Both the position numbers and the translations under genes were made by a program. Positions 18,120 through 28,256 of a stretch of 64,000 nucleotides of DNA are shown piece after piece. Origin of the DNA: Vulcanimicrobiota bacterium. GTDB taxonomy: Bacteria; Vulcanimicrobiota; Vulcanimicrobiia; Vulcanimicrobiales; Vulcanimicrobiaceae. Position 1 is the stretch's first letter. Every line of letters begins with the position of its first letter. Where the stretch lies: assembly GCA_963713685.1 (NCBI GenBank), contig CAVQMS010000001.1:511203-575202 (forward strand). The letters are read 5' to 3'. The notes under the pieces were generated by a model, which saw nothing but the letters and a program-made list of their open reading frames with translations, had not been told where the DNA came from and did no database searches.

Positions 18120-20226
18120 ACCCCGGCGGGTAAACCGCTTTTGGAGCGGCTTCTTCGTAACGCTGCTCATGCTCGTACTGTTCGCCACCGGCGCCATCGC
18201 CGGCATGGTCGCTGCGTACGGGCACAACCTCCCCGACATCAGCCGCATGGCCGACTATCAACCGGCGAGCACGACCCGCATATTCGCGCGCGATGGGACG
18301 CAACTCGCGTCGGTTTATAAGGAAAACCGAGTATGGGTTCCGATCGCGCACATTCCCATCATGGTTCGCGAGGCTTTCATCGCGAACGAAGATCATAACT
18401 TCTACTACCATCATGGTGTCGACTTCGGCGGCATCGTACGCGCCACGTACGCCGACTTAACGCACCAGCAACTGCAGGGCGCCTCTACGATCACCCAACA
18501 GCTCGCGCGCAGACTTTTTCTCACCGACCAAGTTTCGATTTCGCGCAAAGTTCAGGAGGCGCTGCTCGCTATCGAGATCGAGCGGTATTACACGAAGAAC
18601 GAGATCCTCGAGCGCTACCTCAACATCATCTATTTGGGCGCAGGCGCGTACGGCGTGGATGCCGCGGCGCACACGTATTTCGGCCGCAGCGTTGAAAACC
18701 TGACGTTGGCTCAGGCCGCGACGCTGGCGGGCGTCGTCGCGGCGCCCTCCGTGTATTCGCCGTTTTCGAATTTGGCGCTCGCCCGCGACCGTCAGCGCCA
18801 TGTTTTGGAAAGGATGGTCGAGAGCGGTTACGTCACGCCAGCTCAATCGGCCGGCGCTTACGACGGGACACTGGGCCTGATTACGCAGCAACCGCCGGGT
18901 TTGCAAGGGTATCGTTATCCGTACTTCACCACGTACGCAATCGCCGAGCTGCAACGCCTTTTCGGAAAGAGCGCGGTTGAAGAGGGGGGCCTCCAGGTCT
19001 ACACGACGCTCGATCCGCGGATGCAACAGATCGCGCAGGAAGCCGTTACGTGGGGCGTGCGCCAGGCGATCGGCGAAGGAATCGGCGCGCATCAGGCGGC
19101 GTTGGTGGCATTGCGTCCCTCGACCGGTGAGATTCTCGCGATGGTCGGGGGCACCGGGTTCTCGTTGAGCAACCAATTCAATCGCGCCTGGCAAGCGCGC
19201 CGTCAGCCTGGCTCGTCGTTTAAGATTTACGACTACACTGCCGCCATCGATTCCGGTATGCCGGCGTCGACGATCGTCGACGACACGCCGGTAAGTTACC
19301 CAATGGGCGACGGTACGCAGTGGTCGCCATTCGACGACGATCACAGCTATATGGGCGCCATAACGCTGCGCGAAGCGCTCGTCATGTCGCGCAACGTCGT
19401 TGCGGTGAAGCTCGCCGAACGCATCGGGCTGGACCGGATCATCGACTATGCACACCGCATGGGCGTGACGTCTCCGCTGGAAGCGAATCTTTCGCTGGCT
19501 CTGGGTTCGTCGGTGGTGACCGTGCTCGACCAGGCGACCGGGTATTCGACGCTGGCTAATCAGGGGCTCCACGTGGATCCCACGCCCTTTCGCCTCGTGA
19601 AAGACTCGCTCGCCTCTACCGTTCTCGACGATCGCTTTCCTCAAGCCAACGACGTCGTGAGCGCGGGAGCCGCGTACATCATGACGTCAATTTTCGAAGA
19701 CGTCATCCAACACGGCACGGGCTATCCGAACGCGATCATCGGCCGTCCGGCCGCCGGAAAGACCGGCACGACCTCGAACTTTCGCGACGCGTGGTTTGTG
19801 GGGTATACGCCGGATCTCGTCACCGCCGTGTGGCTCGGCAACGACGACTACACGCCGATGGTCGAATCGTACGGCGGCAACATTCCCGCGCGGATCTGGG
19901 CGCGTTTCATGAAGGCGGCCCTCGCGCACACGCCACCGCACGATTTCCCGTTCCCGTCCGACGAGGTCGCCAAAGTGAGCGGTTGCGGTCGCGGCACGGA
20001 ATACTATCTAAAAGGTACCGAATCGTTGTGCGGCTCGAGTGAGAGCTACGACGCTGGGGAGGCCGGCGCCGCTGCGGCGGCCGAACCTGCCGCCGCAGCG
20101 GCGTTGCCCGAACCAACACTGCCGCCCGCCGACGCGACGCCGGCAGTTGCGCCCACGGTGATTCCGTCGGCAGCCGACTCGCCGTCTCCGATCGACACGG
20201 TCAAGCCGCCGCACATTCGGAGATGA
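18094..20226 (+). CDS. class A penicillin-binding protein (PBP1A family transglycosylase/transpeptidase)
   Basis: N-terminal TM anchor. GT51 motifs EAFIANEDHNFYYHHGVD and GASTITQQLAR. Transpeptidase motifs SSFK, SRN and KTGTT. There is an alternative ATG at 18106. The C-terminus carries an Ala/Pro-rich tail. Confidence 0.93.
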   Translation: MPSPMPRRKPRRVNRFWSGFFVTLLMLVLFATGAIAGMVAAYGHNLPDISRMADYQPASTTRIFARDGTQLASVYKENRVWVPIAHIPIMVREAFIANEDHNFYYHHGVDFGGIVRATYADLTHQQLQGASTITQQLARRLFLTDQVSISRKVQEALLAIEIERYYTKNEILERYLNIIYLGAGAYGVDAAAHTYFGRSVENLTLAQAATLAGVVAAPSVYSPFSNLALARDRQRHVLERMVESGYVTPAQSAGAYDGTLGLITQQPPGLQGYRYPYFTTYAIAELQRLFGKSAVEEGGLQVYTTLDPRMQQIAQEAVTWGVRQAIGEGIGAHQAALVALRPSTGEILAMVGGTGFSLSNQFNRAWQARRQPGSSFKIYDYTAAIDSGMPASTIVDDTPVSYPMGDGTQWSPFDDDHSYMGAITLREALVMSRNVVAVKLAERIGLDRIIDYAHRMGVTSPLEANLSLALGSSVVTVLDQATGYSTLANQGLHVDPTPFRLVKDSLASTVLDDRFPQANDVVSAGAAYIMTSIFEDVIQHGTGYPNAIIGRPAAGKTGTTSNFRDAWFVGYTPDLVTAVWLGNDDYTPMVESYGGNIPARIWARFMKAALAHTPPHDFPFPSDEVAKVSGCGRGTEYYLKGTESLCGSSESYDAGEAGAAAAAEPAAAAALPEPTLPPADATPAVAPTVIPSAADSPSPIDTVKPPHIRR

Positions 20227-21506
20227 AGCTTTTCGAGGACAATCCCCAATTGCTGCAGCTGACGGTTTCGCAGTTCTCCGATAGGTTCAGCGCGTGGCTC
20301 GGAAAGCGCCGTGAACTGCAACGAATCGCGATAGTCGGAGAGATTTCCGGTTGGAGTCCCCAAACCAGCGGCAATATCTTCTTTAGCCTAAAGGACCACC
20401 GTGCGATATTACGGTGCTTCGCGCGATGGAACGAAGCAAAAAAGTTCCCCTCACTGCGCGATGGGCTTTCCGTCGTGGCAACGGGGGCGGTTGGAATCTG
20501 GGAGCGCAGCAGTGAATATCAGCTTCGCGTCACCGAAGTTGCGCTGCTCGGCGCCGGTGCGATCGCCGCCAAGGTAGAGGCGTTACGCAAACGGCTCCAG
20601 GCCGAAGGGCTCTTCGATCAGACACGCAAGCGCGTGTTCGCGCGCTTCCCACGGCGCGTGGCATTAGTCTCGGCCCGCGGGAAAGGCGCGGCGGACTTCG
20701 AGTCGACGCTGCGCGAAAAGTCACCAAATGTGACGGTGAGATTTGTCGAAACGCGCCTCCAAGGCGACGGCGCCGAGATCGACATTGCCGAAGCGATCGA
20801 TCGGGCTTCGCGTGAGGACGTCGACGCCATCGTCGTGCTGCGCGGGGGCGGCTCGTATGAGGATCGGTATCCATTTAATACCGAACCAGTAGTACGCGCG
20901 ATCGCACGGTCGCGACACCCCGTCGTTACGGCGATCGGGCACACCGGCGATCGCCATCTCGCAGACGAAGTTGCCGATGCGGTCTTTAAAACCCCTACCG
21001 CCGCCGCGGAACACATCGCCGGCTCCTGGGCCGAAGTAACGGGCCGGCTTGCGCGCCAGCGCGAGCGCTTAGCGACCGCCATCGATCGGCTGGCCGCACG
21101 GCAGGCGCAGCGGCGCGACCGGGCGGATCAAGATTTGGATCGTGCGATCGCGCGGTGTTTCTCAGAATCGAAGCAGCGTCTCTTGCAGCTCCAGAACCGC
21201 ATCGAACGACAGAACCCCCGCTATCGTGTGGCCGCGCGCCAGGCCCGCTTGACCACGACGGAGGTCAGAATCGATAGCGCGCGCGAGCATCTTTTTTCCC
21301 GGCGTTCGAATCGTCTCGCGATCGCATACAGCCGATTGCTGTCGCTAAATCCGAAGGCTCCACTGGAACGAGGGTACGCAATAGTTACGGCCGCAGGACG
21401 ACCGCTTCGCGACGCACGCGAGGTCGCTATTGGTGAAGCGATTGAGGCACAGCTTTTCCACGGGAGGCTCATCGCGGCCGTCGAACGGGTCTTGCACGAT
21501 GAGTGA
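20223..21506 (+). CDS. xseA: exodeoxyribonuclease VII large subunit
   Basis: OB-fold N-terminus (IAIVGEISGW). Also VALVSARGKGAADF, VVLRGGGSYEDRYPFN and a coiled-coil C-terminus. Confidence 0.92.
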   Translation: MKLFEDNPQLLQLTVSQFSDRFSAWLGKRRELQRIAIVGEISGWSPQTSGNIFFSLKDHRAILRCFARWNEAKKFPSLRDGLSVVATGAVGIWERSSEYQLRVTEVALLGAGAIAAKVEALRKRLQAEGLFDQTRKRVFARFPRRVALVSARGKGAADFESTLREKSPNVTVRFVETRLQGDGAEIDIAEAIDRASREDVDAIVVLRGGGSYEDRYPFNTEPVVRAIARSRHPVVTAIGHTGDRHLADEVADAVFKTPTAAAEHIAGSWAEVTGRLARQRERLATAIDRLAARQAQRRDRADQDLDRAIARCFSESKQRLLQLQNRIERQNPRYRVAARQARLTTTEVRIDSAREHLFSRRSNRLAIAYSRLLSLNPKAPLERGYAIVTAAGRPLRDAREVAIGEAIEAQLFHGRLIAAVERVLHDE

Positions 21507-21753
21507 CGGTGGCGCGGACTTCGAAGCTAAACTCGATCGTATCGATGCAATCGTAAAAGAGCTCGAGAACCCGGATACAAAATTGGACCGCGCCATCGCG
21601 CTGTTCAAAGAAGGCAAGGTGCTTGCGCGAGAGTGCGAAGCGCTGCTCAAGAGCGCACAAACGCAGATCGACGAAGCCATGTCCGAACGGCAACGCGGTA
21701 AGCCGGCGGATGACGCCAAGAGGGAAGAGGTCGACGACCAGATTCCCTTCTGA
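21499..21753 (+). CDS. xseB: exodeoxyribonuclease VII small subunit
   Basis: The ATG at 21499 overlaps the xseA end. Motif FEAKLDRIDAIVKELENPDTKLDRAIALFKEGKVLAREC. Confidence 0.88.
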   Translation: MSDGGADFEAKLDRIDAIVKELENPDTKLDRAIALFKEGKVLARECEALLKSAQTQIDEAMSERQRGKPADDAKREEVDDQIPF

Positions 21754-21758
21754 GCATA

Positions 21759-22547
21759 ATGGGCATAAAAGTACGCCTGGATGCTTCGGTCGCCGACCGT
21801 AACGGCATCAGCCGATCGCAGGCGCGCAGTCTGATCATGGAAGGACGCGTAACCGTCGAAGGCACGATGGCGACGAAGGCCGGGCAGTTCGTCGCGCAGG
21901 ATGCCAAGATCGAGGTCGCCCAGCCGCGCCGGTTCGTTAGCCGCGGCGGCGAGAAGCTGGACCGCGCCTTGACCGAGTTCGGCATCGACGTCCACGCTGT
22001 CGAAGCGCTCGACGTGGGCGCCTCCACGGGCGGATTCACCGACTGCCTCCTGCAGCGAGGCGCCAAACAGGTCACCGCCGTTGACGTCGGATACGGGCAG
22101 CTCGACTGGCGTTTACGCAACGATGCGCGCGTCCGAGTCATGGAGCGTACGAATTTCCGGCTGCTCGCGGACGACGCGTTTCCCAACGGATTCGACCTGA
22201 TCGCGATCGACGCGTCGTTCATTTCGCTACGAACGATCTGGGCGCGCGCCGTCGGGTATCTGCGCGAAGAGGCCTGCGTCGTTGCCCTGGTAAAGCCGCA
22301 ATTCGAAGCGGGACGAAAGCGGGTCGGCTCCGGCGGCGTGGTCCGCGATCGCGAAACTCACCGAGCCGTTTTGCGCGAGCTTCGCGAGGTCGCGCCGAGC
22401 CTCGGCCTTGTGCCCGTCGGGCTGGTCGCGTCGCCGCTGCTTGGACCGGCCGGGAACCGTGAATTCCTCATGCTGTTGCGGCGAGACGGTTCGCCGTTCG
22501 ACGACGCACGAATCGAGGCAGTGCTCGACGAAGAGAGCCGATCATGA
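21759..22547 (+). CDS. tlyA: TlyA family rRNA (cytidine-2'-O)-methyltransferase
   Basis: S4 domain plus an FtsJ-like fold: ALDVGASTGGFTDCLLQRGA, AVDVGYGQL, LVKPQFEAG. Confidence 0.9.
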   Translation: MGIKVRLDASVADRNGISRSQARSLIMEGRVTVEGTMATKAGQFVAQDAKIEVAQPRRFVSRGGEKLDRALTEFGIDVHAVEALDVGASTGGFTDCLLQRGAKQVTAVDVGYGQLDWRLRNDARVRVMERTNFRLLADDAFPNGFDLIAIDASFISLRTIWARAVGYLREEACVVALVKPQFEAGRKRVGSGGVVRDRETHRAVLRELREVAPSLGLVPVGLVASPLLGPAGNREFLMLLRRDGSPFDDARIEAVLDEESRS

Positions 22548-23380
22548 CGACGCTGCTCGCCATCAAAAGGAAAGTGATCGCCCTCTACGTCGATACGGCG
22601 CGGGAGCACGCTCGATCGATTGCAAGCCGCGTCGCATCAGACTTTCGAGCAAGCGGATTTGAGGTCGTTGATGGGGCGATGCCGAGGGCGGCCTCGCTCG
22701 TCATCACGGTCGGCGGGGACGGCACGCTGCTGCGCGCCGCGCGCATTGCGGTCGAAGGCGACATCCCGCTCCTTGGCATCAACACCGGACGTTTGGGCTT
22801 CCTCACGGAGCTGGACGAAGACGATCCGCGTTTGTCCGATCTTCCCGCCCTGGTCGAACGCGGGCTTTTCATGGACGAGCGTACGGCACTCGAAGCCGAG
22901 TACGGGGACCAACGATTCTTCGCGCTCAACGACGTGGTCGTGCGAAAGGGTGAAGTGTCGCGCATCGTTCCGTTTGGTTTACGCTTTGAACAAGGAGCGA
23001 CGACGCTCATCGCAGCGGACGGGATCTGCGTTGCGACGCCAACCGGCTCTACCGCGTATTTCCTGTCAGCAGGGGGCTCCCTGATCGCACCAAACGTCGA
23101 AGCCTTCGGCGTCGTTCCGCTGCTGCCGCATACGCTCTTTTCGCGGCCGCTGATCGTGCCCATCGGATCGCGCATCGAAATTACTTGCGATCTGGAGAGC
23201 GCCCAAGCCCACCTCGAATGCGACGGCGACGTCTTGACCGAGGTGGCCCCGAGTTCGAGCGTTGTGATTCGGTGCCATCCTAAGCGCGTACACTTTGCCC
23301 GAACGACCCCGCTGCACTTCCTGGAGCGACTCGAGGCAAAGATGCTCTGGGGTGTTTCGATCAAAGATCCCCGTCGGTAA
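22544..23380 (+). CDS. nadK: NAD kinase
   Basis: VITVGGDGTLL, GINTGRLGFL and ADGICVATPTGSTAY motifs. Confidence 0.92.
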   Translation: MTTLLAIKRKVIALYVDTAREHARSIASRVASDFRASGFEVVDGAMPRAASLVITVGGDGTLLRAARIAVEGDIPLLGINTGRLGFLTELDEDDPRLSDLPALVERGLFMDERTALEAEYGDQRFFALNDVVVRKGEVSRIVPFGLRFEQGATTLIAADGICVATPTGSTAYFLSAGGSLIAPNVEAFGVVPLLPHTLFSRPLIVPIGSRIEITCDLESAQAHLECDGDVLTEVAPSSSVVIRCHPKRVHFARTTPLHFLERLEAKMLWGVSIKDPRR

Positions 23381-23389
23381 GGGATTTCA

Positions 23390-25054
23390 ATGCTACGGCG
23401 CCTGCGGATCGAGAACTACGGTCTGATCGCGCGCGCGCACGTCGAGTTCGCCGACGGGGCGACGATCTTTACGGGAGAAACCGGCTCGGGCAAAACGATG
23501 GTGCTCGGCGCTTTGGACTTTGCGCTGGGCGCGCGCGCCGGCCCCGACGCGGTTCGCCACGGCGCGCGGAAAGCCGTGGTGGAGCTTGCGTTCGATCCCG
23601 ACGCGGCGCTGCGCGAGCGGCTCCGCACGGACGGCTTCGAACTCGACTCCGGGGAAGAGGCCAGCATCGCGCGCGAGATGACGGAGGCGGGGCGCTCCGG
23701 CGTACGCGTCAACGGCCGTCCGGCGACGGCCGCGTACGTTCGCGAGATCGGCGACGCCATCGCAGAAATCGTCGGTCAACATGAAGCGCAACGACTGCTG
23801 TCCCCCGCATACCATCTCGAGTTACTCGACCGATTTGCGGGAGACGCCGCGCTGCGCCTTCGCGATGCGGTCGCCGGTGCTTACGCACGCGCCGAAGCGG
23901 CGAAAGCGGCGCTGACCGCGCTGACGCAAGCCGGCGATCGCGCGCGCGAACGCTACGATGACGCTTGCTTCACCGTTCGCGAAATCGAGGAAGCGCGATT
24001 GGTGCCGGGCGAAGCCGAGCAGTTGACGGAGCGCCGCAGCTTTCTCGACAACGTCGAGCGAATCGCCGCAGCGCTGCACGCCGCGCACGAGGCACTCGCG
24101 GGCGACGAGCGCAGCGCGATCGTTGCGCTGGGCTCGGCAAGCGTCACGCTTGCGAGCGTCGAGAAATTCAATGCGGATTTGAGCGAAATGGCGCAGCGGG
24201 CGGCCACGCTGCAAGCCGAAGCCGGCGAGCTGAGCAGCGACGTCACCCGAGCGCTCGACGCCGGTGAGTTCGAGCCCGGCGAGCTCGAAACGATTCACGC
24301 ACGCCTCGATCTGATCGATCGGCTGAAACGCAAGTATGGAGGCGGCGTCGTAGAGCTGATCGACCGAGCGCAGCGCGCGCGCCAGGACCTGGAAGAGTAC
24401 GCGAACCGCGATGAGTCGATCGCTCGGCACCAGGCCGAAGTCGTCGAGGCGCAGCGCGAACTCCTTGCCTGCGCGGCCGCGCTGAGCGCCGCACGCACCA
24501 AAGCGGCGCGTGCATTATCCAAACGCGTGCTCGTGGAGTTCGCCGAAATAGCGCTAGGCGCCGGGTCCTTCGAGGTGGCTTTCGAAGCGCTGGAACCGAT
24601 CGCCGCACACGGCGCCGAGCGCGTCGAGTTTCTGTTCGCGGCAAACACGGGGGAACCGGCGCGGCCGCTCGCGCGTGTGGCGTCCGGCGGCGAACTCTCG
24701 CGCGTGCTGCTGGCGCTCGTCGTCGTGATGGCCGGGGCTCGGGACGCACGGGGAGCGCTCGTCTTCGACGAGATCGACGCCGGCATCGGCGGCGCGACCG
24801 CGACGGCGGTGGGCGCCCGCATCGGGCAACTGGCCGCACGCGAGCAAGTCGTCTGCGTAACGCATCTCGCGCAGCTCGCCACCTGGGCGGACCGCCACTA
24901 CGTGCTCGATAAAATTGAAGAGAAGCGAGAAACGACCATCGGCGTGCGCGCGATTACCGGCGCCAAGGAGCGCGAAGCGGAGATCGCGCGCATGCTTTCC
25001 GGTGAGTCGCACGACGCAGCCTTACGCCACGCCCGTGCGCTGTTGAAACGCTGA
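23390..25054 (+). CDS. recN: DNA repair protein RecN
   Basis: LRRLRIENYGLIA, Walker A GETGSGKTM, a long coiled-coil middle, ASGGELSRVLLAL and LVFDEIDAGIGG. Confidence 0.95.
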   Translation: MLRRLRIENYGLIARAHVEFADGATIFTGETGSGKTMVLGALDFALGARAGPDAVRHGARKAVVELAFDPDAALRERLRTDGFELDSGEEASIAREMTEAGRSGVRVNGRPATAAYVREIGDAIAEIVGQHEAQRLLSPAYHLELLDRFAGDAALRLRDAVAGAYARAEAAKAALTALTQAGDRARERYDDACFTVREIEEARLVPGEAEQLTERRSFLDNVERIAAALHAAHEALAGDERSAIVALGSASVTLASVEKFNADLSEMAQRAATLQAEAGELSSDVTRALDAGEFEPGELETIHARLDLIDRLKRKYGGGVVELIDRAQRARQDLEEYANRDESIARHQAEVVEAQRELLACAAALSAARTKAARALSKRVLVEFAEIALGAGSFEVAFEALEPIAAHGAERVEFLFAANTGEPARPLARVASGGELSRVLLALVVVMAGARDARGALVFDEIDAGIGGATATAVGARIGQLAAREQVVCVTHLAQLATWADRHYVLDKIEEKRETTIGVRAITGAKEREAEIARMLSGESHDAALRHARALLKR

Positions 25055-25058
25055 TCCC

Positions 25059-26492
25059 TTAGGGAATCTGGTGAATTTTTAGCACGTTCGTCCCGCCCGA
25101 GCCGACCGGCATGCCGGTGGTAAATGCGATCAGATCGCCGGAGCCGACGAGTCCTTCGTGCACCATGCGGCGCTCGGTCATGTACAGCAAGACTTCGATC
25201 GAGGAATAGTGGTCGATGATCAAGGATTCCGTTCCCCACAAGAGGGCCAGCCGGCGCGCAACCTGAGGCTCCGGCGTCAGCGCGACGATGCGGGCCTCCG
25301 GGCGAAAGGCGGCGATGTGGTGCGCGGTGTTTCCGGTCGTCGTGCCGGTGACGATGTACGGCACTTTGAGCTCCGCGCTGGCGCGCGTCGCGGCTTCGGC
25401 AATGGACGAGGCGATCGTGGGCTCGAAATTTTCCAAGCGGCGATCCCGCAGTGAAGCGTGCGGGTAATGCTTCTCGACTTCACGAGCGATCTGGGCCATC
25501 GTGCGTACGGCTTCGGTCGGATACGCACCGAGCGCCGTTTCGCCGGAGAGCATGACGGCGTCGGTTCCATCGAGGATTGCGTTCGCCACGTCGGTCGCCT
25601 CGGCGCGAGTGGGGCGCGGAGACGCGATCATCGACTCGAGCATTTGCGTGGCCGTGATGACCGGTTTGCTGGCGCGGTTGCACTTGGCAATGATCTCTTT
25701 TTGCACGATCGGCACCGTCTCGATCGGAATCTCGATGCCGAGGTCGCCGCGGGCGACCATGATGCCGTCGGCCGCCGCGATGATGCCATCCAGCTGCGCC
25801 AGAGCTTCGTGCTTTTCTATTTTGGCGATCACCGGTATGCGCTTGTTGCGCTCCGCCATGAAAGCTTTGACGCGTTCGACGTCTTCTGCCGAGCGCACGA
25901 ACGAGACCGCGACGTAGTCGACGCCGCGCTCCAACCCAAACTCGAGGAATTCGAGATCGCGCTGCGTGACCGACGGAATGTTCAGCGAACCATCGGGGTA
26001 GTTGATTCCTTGAGTGGCGCGCAAGTCACCGCCGAACTCTACGGTCGTCTCGATCTCGCTCGCGCTCTTCCCGACGATGAGCAGAGCGATTTGGCCGTCT
26101 TGCAGGTACAGGCGTTTGCCGATCGCGACGTCGGCGGGGAGGTCGCGATACGTCGTGCTCACACCAGTTTGAGTGCCCGCTACCGGCTCGGCGCTGATGA
26201 CGAAGCGCGCGCCGCGTTCCAGCCGCACGGAAGATGCGCCGTCGGCCAGCAGGCCCGTCCGCACCTTGGGCCCAGGCAAATCTTGCAAGAGCGCCGTGTG
26301 CAGCCCAAGCTCGGTGGAGATTGCGCGCGCGCTCTCGATCACTAGGCCGTGCTCGTCCGGCGTTCCATGGGAAAAATTCAAACGCAGCACGTTTGCGCCC
26401 GAAAGGAAGAGCGAGCGTAAGATCGCCGGATCGCGCGAGGCGGGGCCTACCGTTGCAACGATTTTTGTGCGTTTCTGCAAGATCGATTCCAT
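25059..26492 (-). CDS. pyk: pyruvate kinase
   Basis: RTKIVATVGPAS, NFSHG, LQDLPGPKVR, MVARGDLGIEIP and ITATQMLESM motifs. The ORF is open to 26549. That start would leave only 13 nt to the divergent gene, so the M at 26492 (MESILQKRTKIV) is preferred. Confidence 0.93.
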   Translation of the reverse strand: MESILQKRTKIVATVGPASRDPAILRSLFLSGANVLRLNFSHGTPDEHGLVIESARAISTELGLHTALLQDLPGPKVRTGLLADGASSVRLERGARFVISAEPVAGTQTGVSTTYRDLPADVAIGKRLYLQDGQIALLIVGKSASEIETTVEFGGDLRATQGINYPDGSLNIPSVTQRDLEFLEFGLERGVDYVAVSFVRSAEDVERVKAFMAERNKRIPVIAKIEKHEALAQLDGIIAAADGIMVARGDLGIEIPIETVPIVQKEIIAKCNRASKPVITATQMLESMIASPRPTRAEATDVANAILDGTDAVMLSGETALGAYPTEAVRTMAQIAREVEKHYPHASLRDRRLENFEPTIASSIAEAATRASAELKVPYIVTGTTTGNTAHHIAAFRPEARIVALTPEPQVARRLALLWGTESLIIDHYSSIEVLLYMTERRMVHEGLVGSGDLIAFTTGMPVGSGGTNVLKIHQIP

Positions 26493-26562
26493 TAGCGCCA
26501 TTGCCTTGTGCGGCATCGCTGGCAGGCTCCTGCGCTCGATTAAGCGCACTTAACCCCTCGCC

Positions 26563-27975
26563 GTGAAGTTCGAGCGCGATCCGCGGGACCGGCGCTATCC
26601 GGAGCGACTCGCGGGCAGCTTCCTAGCCTCGCTGATTTTTCACGCGCTGCTGGCAGCGTTGCTCTTCACCGTGCTCGTGAGTTCTTCGCAGCAAGGCGCC
26701 ACGGAAAGCGTCCAAGGCGGGGAAGTCGTCACGATTGCGCGCACCTCGCCGGTCGTCGTCGCGAATCAAGCCGCTGCAGTTCATGCCGTGACGGCCGTTC
26801 CACACGTTCGTACGATCGCACCGCTGCAGCACGCACCGTTGGCGCAGCCGCAAAGCCAGCGCCTGCCGGTCAACCGGCACGAGCTGGCCAAGATTGCTCC
26901 TACGGCGCCCCCCAACCCGCGTCCGATCCCGCAACAAACGCCTCAACCCAATCCCCAACCAACGCAGAACATTTTCGAGGCGCAGCCGCGTAATGAGTTG
27001 CCCGCGGCGCCGGTAAGCGTCCCGACCGTCGGCCCCGTCGCCGTAACGCTGAAGCCGCCGCCGACGCTCGCACCGTCTCCGGTTCCGACGAGCGCGCCGT
27101 CTGCGCGCCCATCGCCCAAGGCGGCTCCGAACGTCCGTCCGACGGCCCGAGCGGCCACGCCGGCCCCAGCGTTGCCACGCGCGACCGCGACGGCCGCGGC
27201 GATCGCTCGAGCGAGCGCCGCACCGAGCTCGGCGCCCGCCGTACGCGCGTCGGCGCTGCCGGCGGAACGCGCGGGAGTGCCAAATCCGAGCCCGACCAGC
27301 ACCGCGGCGGTTGCGCGGACTCCCGGTACGGCGCCGCGTCCGGGGCCTAGCGGGGGAGCATCGCCGGGTCCCCGGCCAGGCGCCGGGGCGAAACCACAAG
27401 CCGCGCCCGAACGCCCGATCGCAGTTCCTCCAACGGCGCCACCCGGATCGCGGGCAACCCCGGCTCCCAAAACGCAGAACGCCCGCAACATCAACGCCAA
27501 GCTGCGCGCGCTTTTGCCGAACAATCCGGTTCATCCCACGACGAAAAGCTACACGCCGACGTACTCGCTTCGAGGCCGTCTGGAACCGACGCCGCCGCCT
27601 GAGGTTCTGGCAAAGACAAAATACATCTACGAGGTGAGAAACACCGGGCGAGAAGCGCGAGTCAAGATGTGGGTTACGGATACGCGCAAAGCGGGCCCCA
27701 CGACGATCTGCACGGGGTGGCTGGTCCGCTATCCTGAAGCGGTCCGCGGCGGATATGCGGAAGCGGCCGGCCCCGACGCATCGATCGTGCACGGCGACCT
27801 GCACGGTGGCCCGGCAAACGGTACGCAGATTTCGATTGGAGGAGGCGGCGCCGCCCACGAGCCGCTAAGCCCCTTTGCCGCGGGGCTCACGCCGATCGTT
27901 GATGGGATCGTTTCGCAGCCCTGTGACGGCCGGCTGCTTGTGCCGTTCGCACCGTCGCCTGTTTCGTCGCCGTGA
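26563..27975 (+). CDS. TonB-like membrane-anchored Pro/Ala-rich protein with an unrecognised C-terminal domain
   Basis: 470 aa. The N-terminal TM helix carries SxxxH (SLIFH), as in both TonB copies. A Pro/Ala/Thr-rich low-complexity rod of about 280 aa follows. The last ~150 aa (KSYTPTYSLRG...ICTGWLVRYPE...) do not resemble TonB_C. Confidence 0.7.
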   Translation: MKFERDPRDRRYPERLAGSFLASLIFHALLAALLFTVLVSSSQQGATESVQGGEVVTIARTSPVVVANQAAAVHAVTAVPHVRTIAPLQHAPLAQPQSQRLPVNRHELAKIAPTAPPNPRPIPQQTPQPNPQPTQNIFEAQPRNELPAAPVSVPTVGPVAVTLKPPPTLAPSPVPTSAPSARPSPKAAPNVRPTARAATPAPALPRATATAAAIARASAAPSSAPAVRASALPAERAGVPNPSPTSTAAVARTPGTAPRPGPSGGASPGPRPGAGAKPQAAPERPIAVPPTAPPGSRATPAPKTQNARNINAKLRALLPNNPVHPTTKSYTPTYSLRGRLEPTPPPEVLAKTKYIYEVRNTGREARVKMWVTDTRKAGPTTICTGWLVRYPEAVRGGYAEAAGPDASIVHGDLHGGPANGTQISIGGGGAAHEPLSPFAAGLTPIVDGIVSQPCDGRLLVPFAPSPVSSP

Positions 27976-27992
27976 GCCTGTGCGTTTCCCGC

Positions 27993-28021
27993 TTGCATTT
28001 CGACATTAGTCGCATTACAAT
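27993..28021 (+). promoter_or_regulatory. near-consensus sigma70 promoter candidate (TTGCAT-17 nt-TACAAT)
   Basis: TTGCAT at 27993-27998, a 17-nt spacer and TACAAT at 28016-28021. It sits in an unusually AT-rich patch within the 350-nt gap before rimP. Confidence 0.45.
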
Positions 28022-28227
28022 TTTATCGTGCCGGAAAGGCCGGCACACTTCGTCAATAATCACGAAGGAGGGCGGTTGGAACCGCAAAATCCGCCGGGCC
28101 ATCGAGCCCGCGATGCACGCGCCGAATAACGCGCGCCAGGTGCGCGCCCACGGCAGCCGGACGTTTTCCGGCGGCGCGCCGATCGCAAGATAGGTAAACA
28201 GAGCGAGGGGTCGCGCCCACTGTGGGG

Positions 28228-28256
28228 TTGCGGCCCGTCGCACTTTTCGGTATCCT
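28228..28256 (+). promoter_or_regulatory. weaker promoter candidate proximal to rimP (TTGCGG-17 nt-TATCCT)
   Basis: Hexamers and spacing read directly from sequence, about 70 nt upstream of the rimP ATG. Confidence 0.3.

Noticed and set aside
26623-27858. 411-aa minus-strand ORF and several other ORFs overlapping the Pro/Ala-rich gene. I also considered whether the region is a tandem DNA repeat or a CRISPR-like array.
   Set aside because: The translations are Arg/Gly-rich artefacts. The DNA is compositionally biased (CCG/GCG-rich), but I see no regularly spaced identical repeats or spacers.
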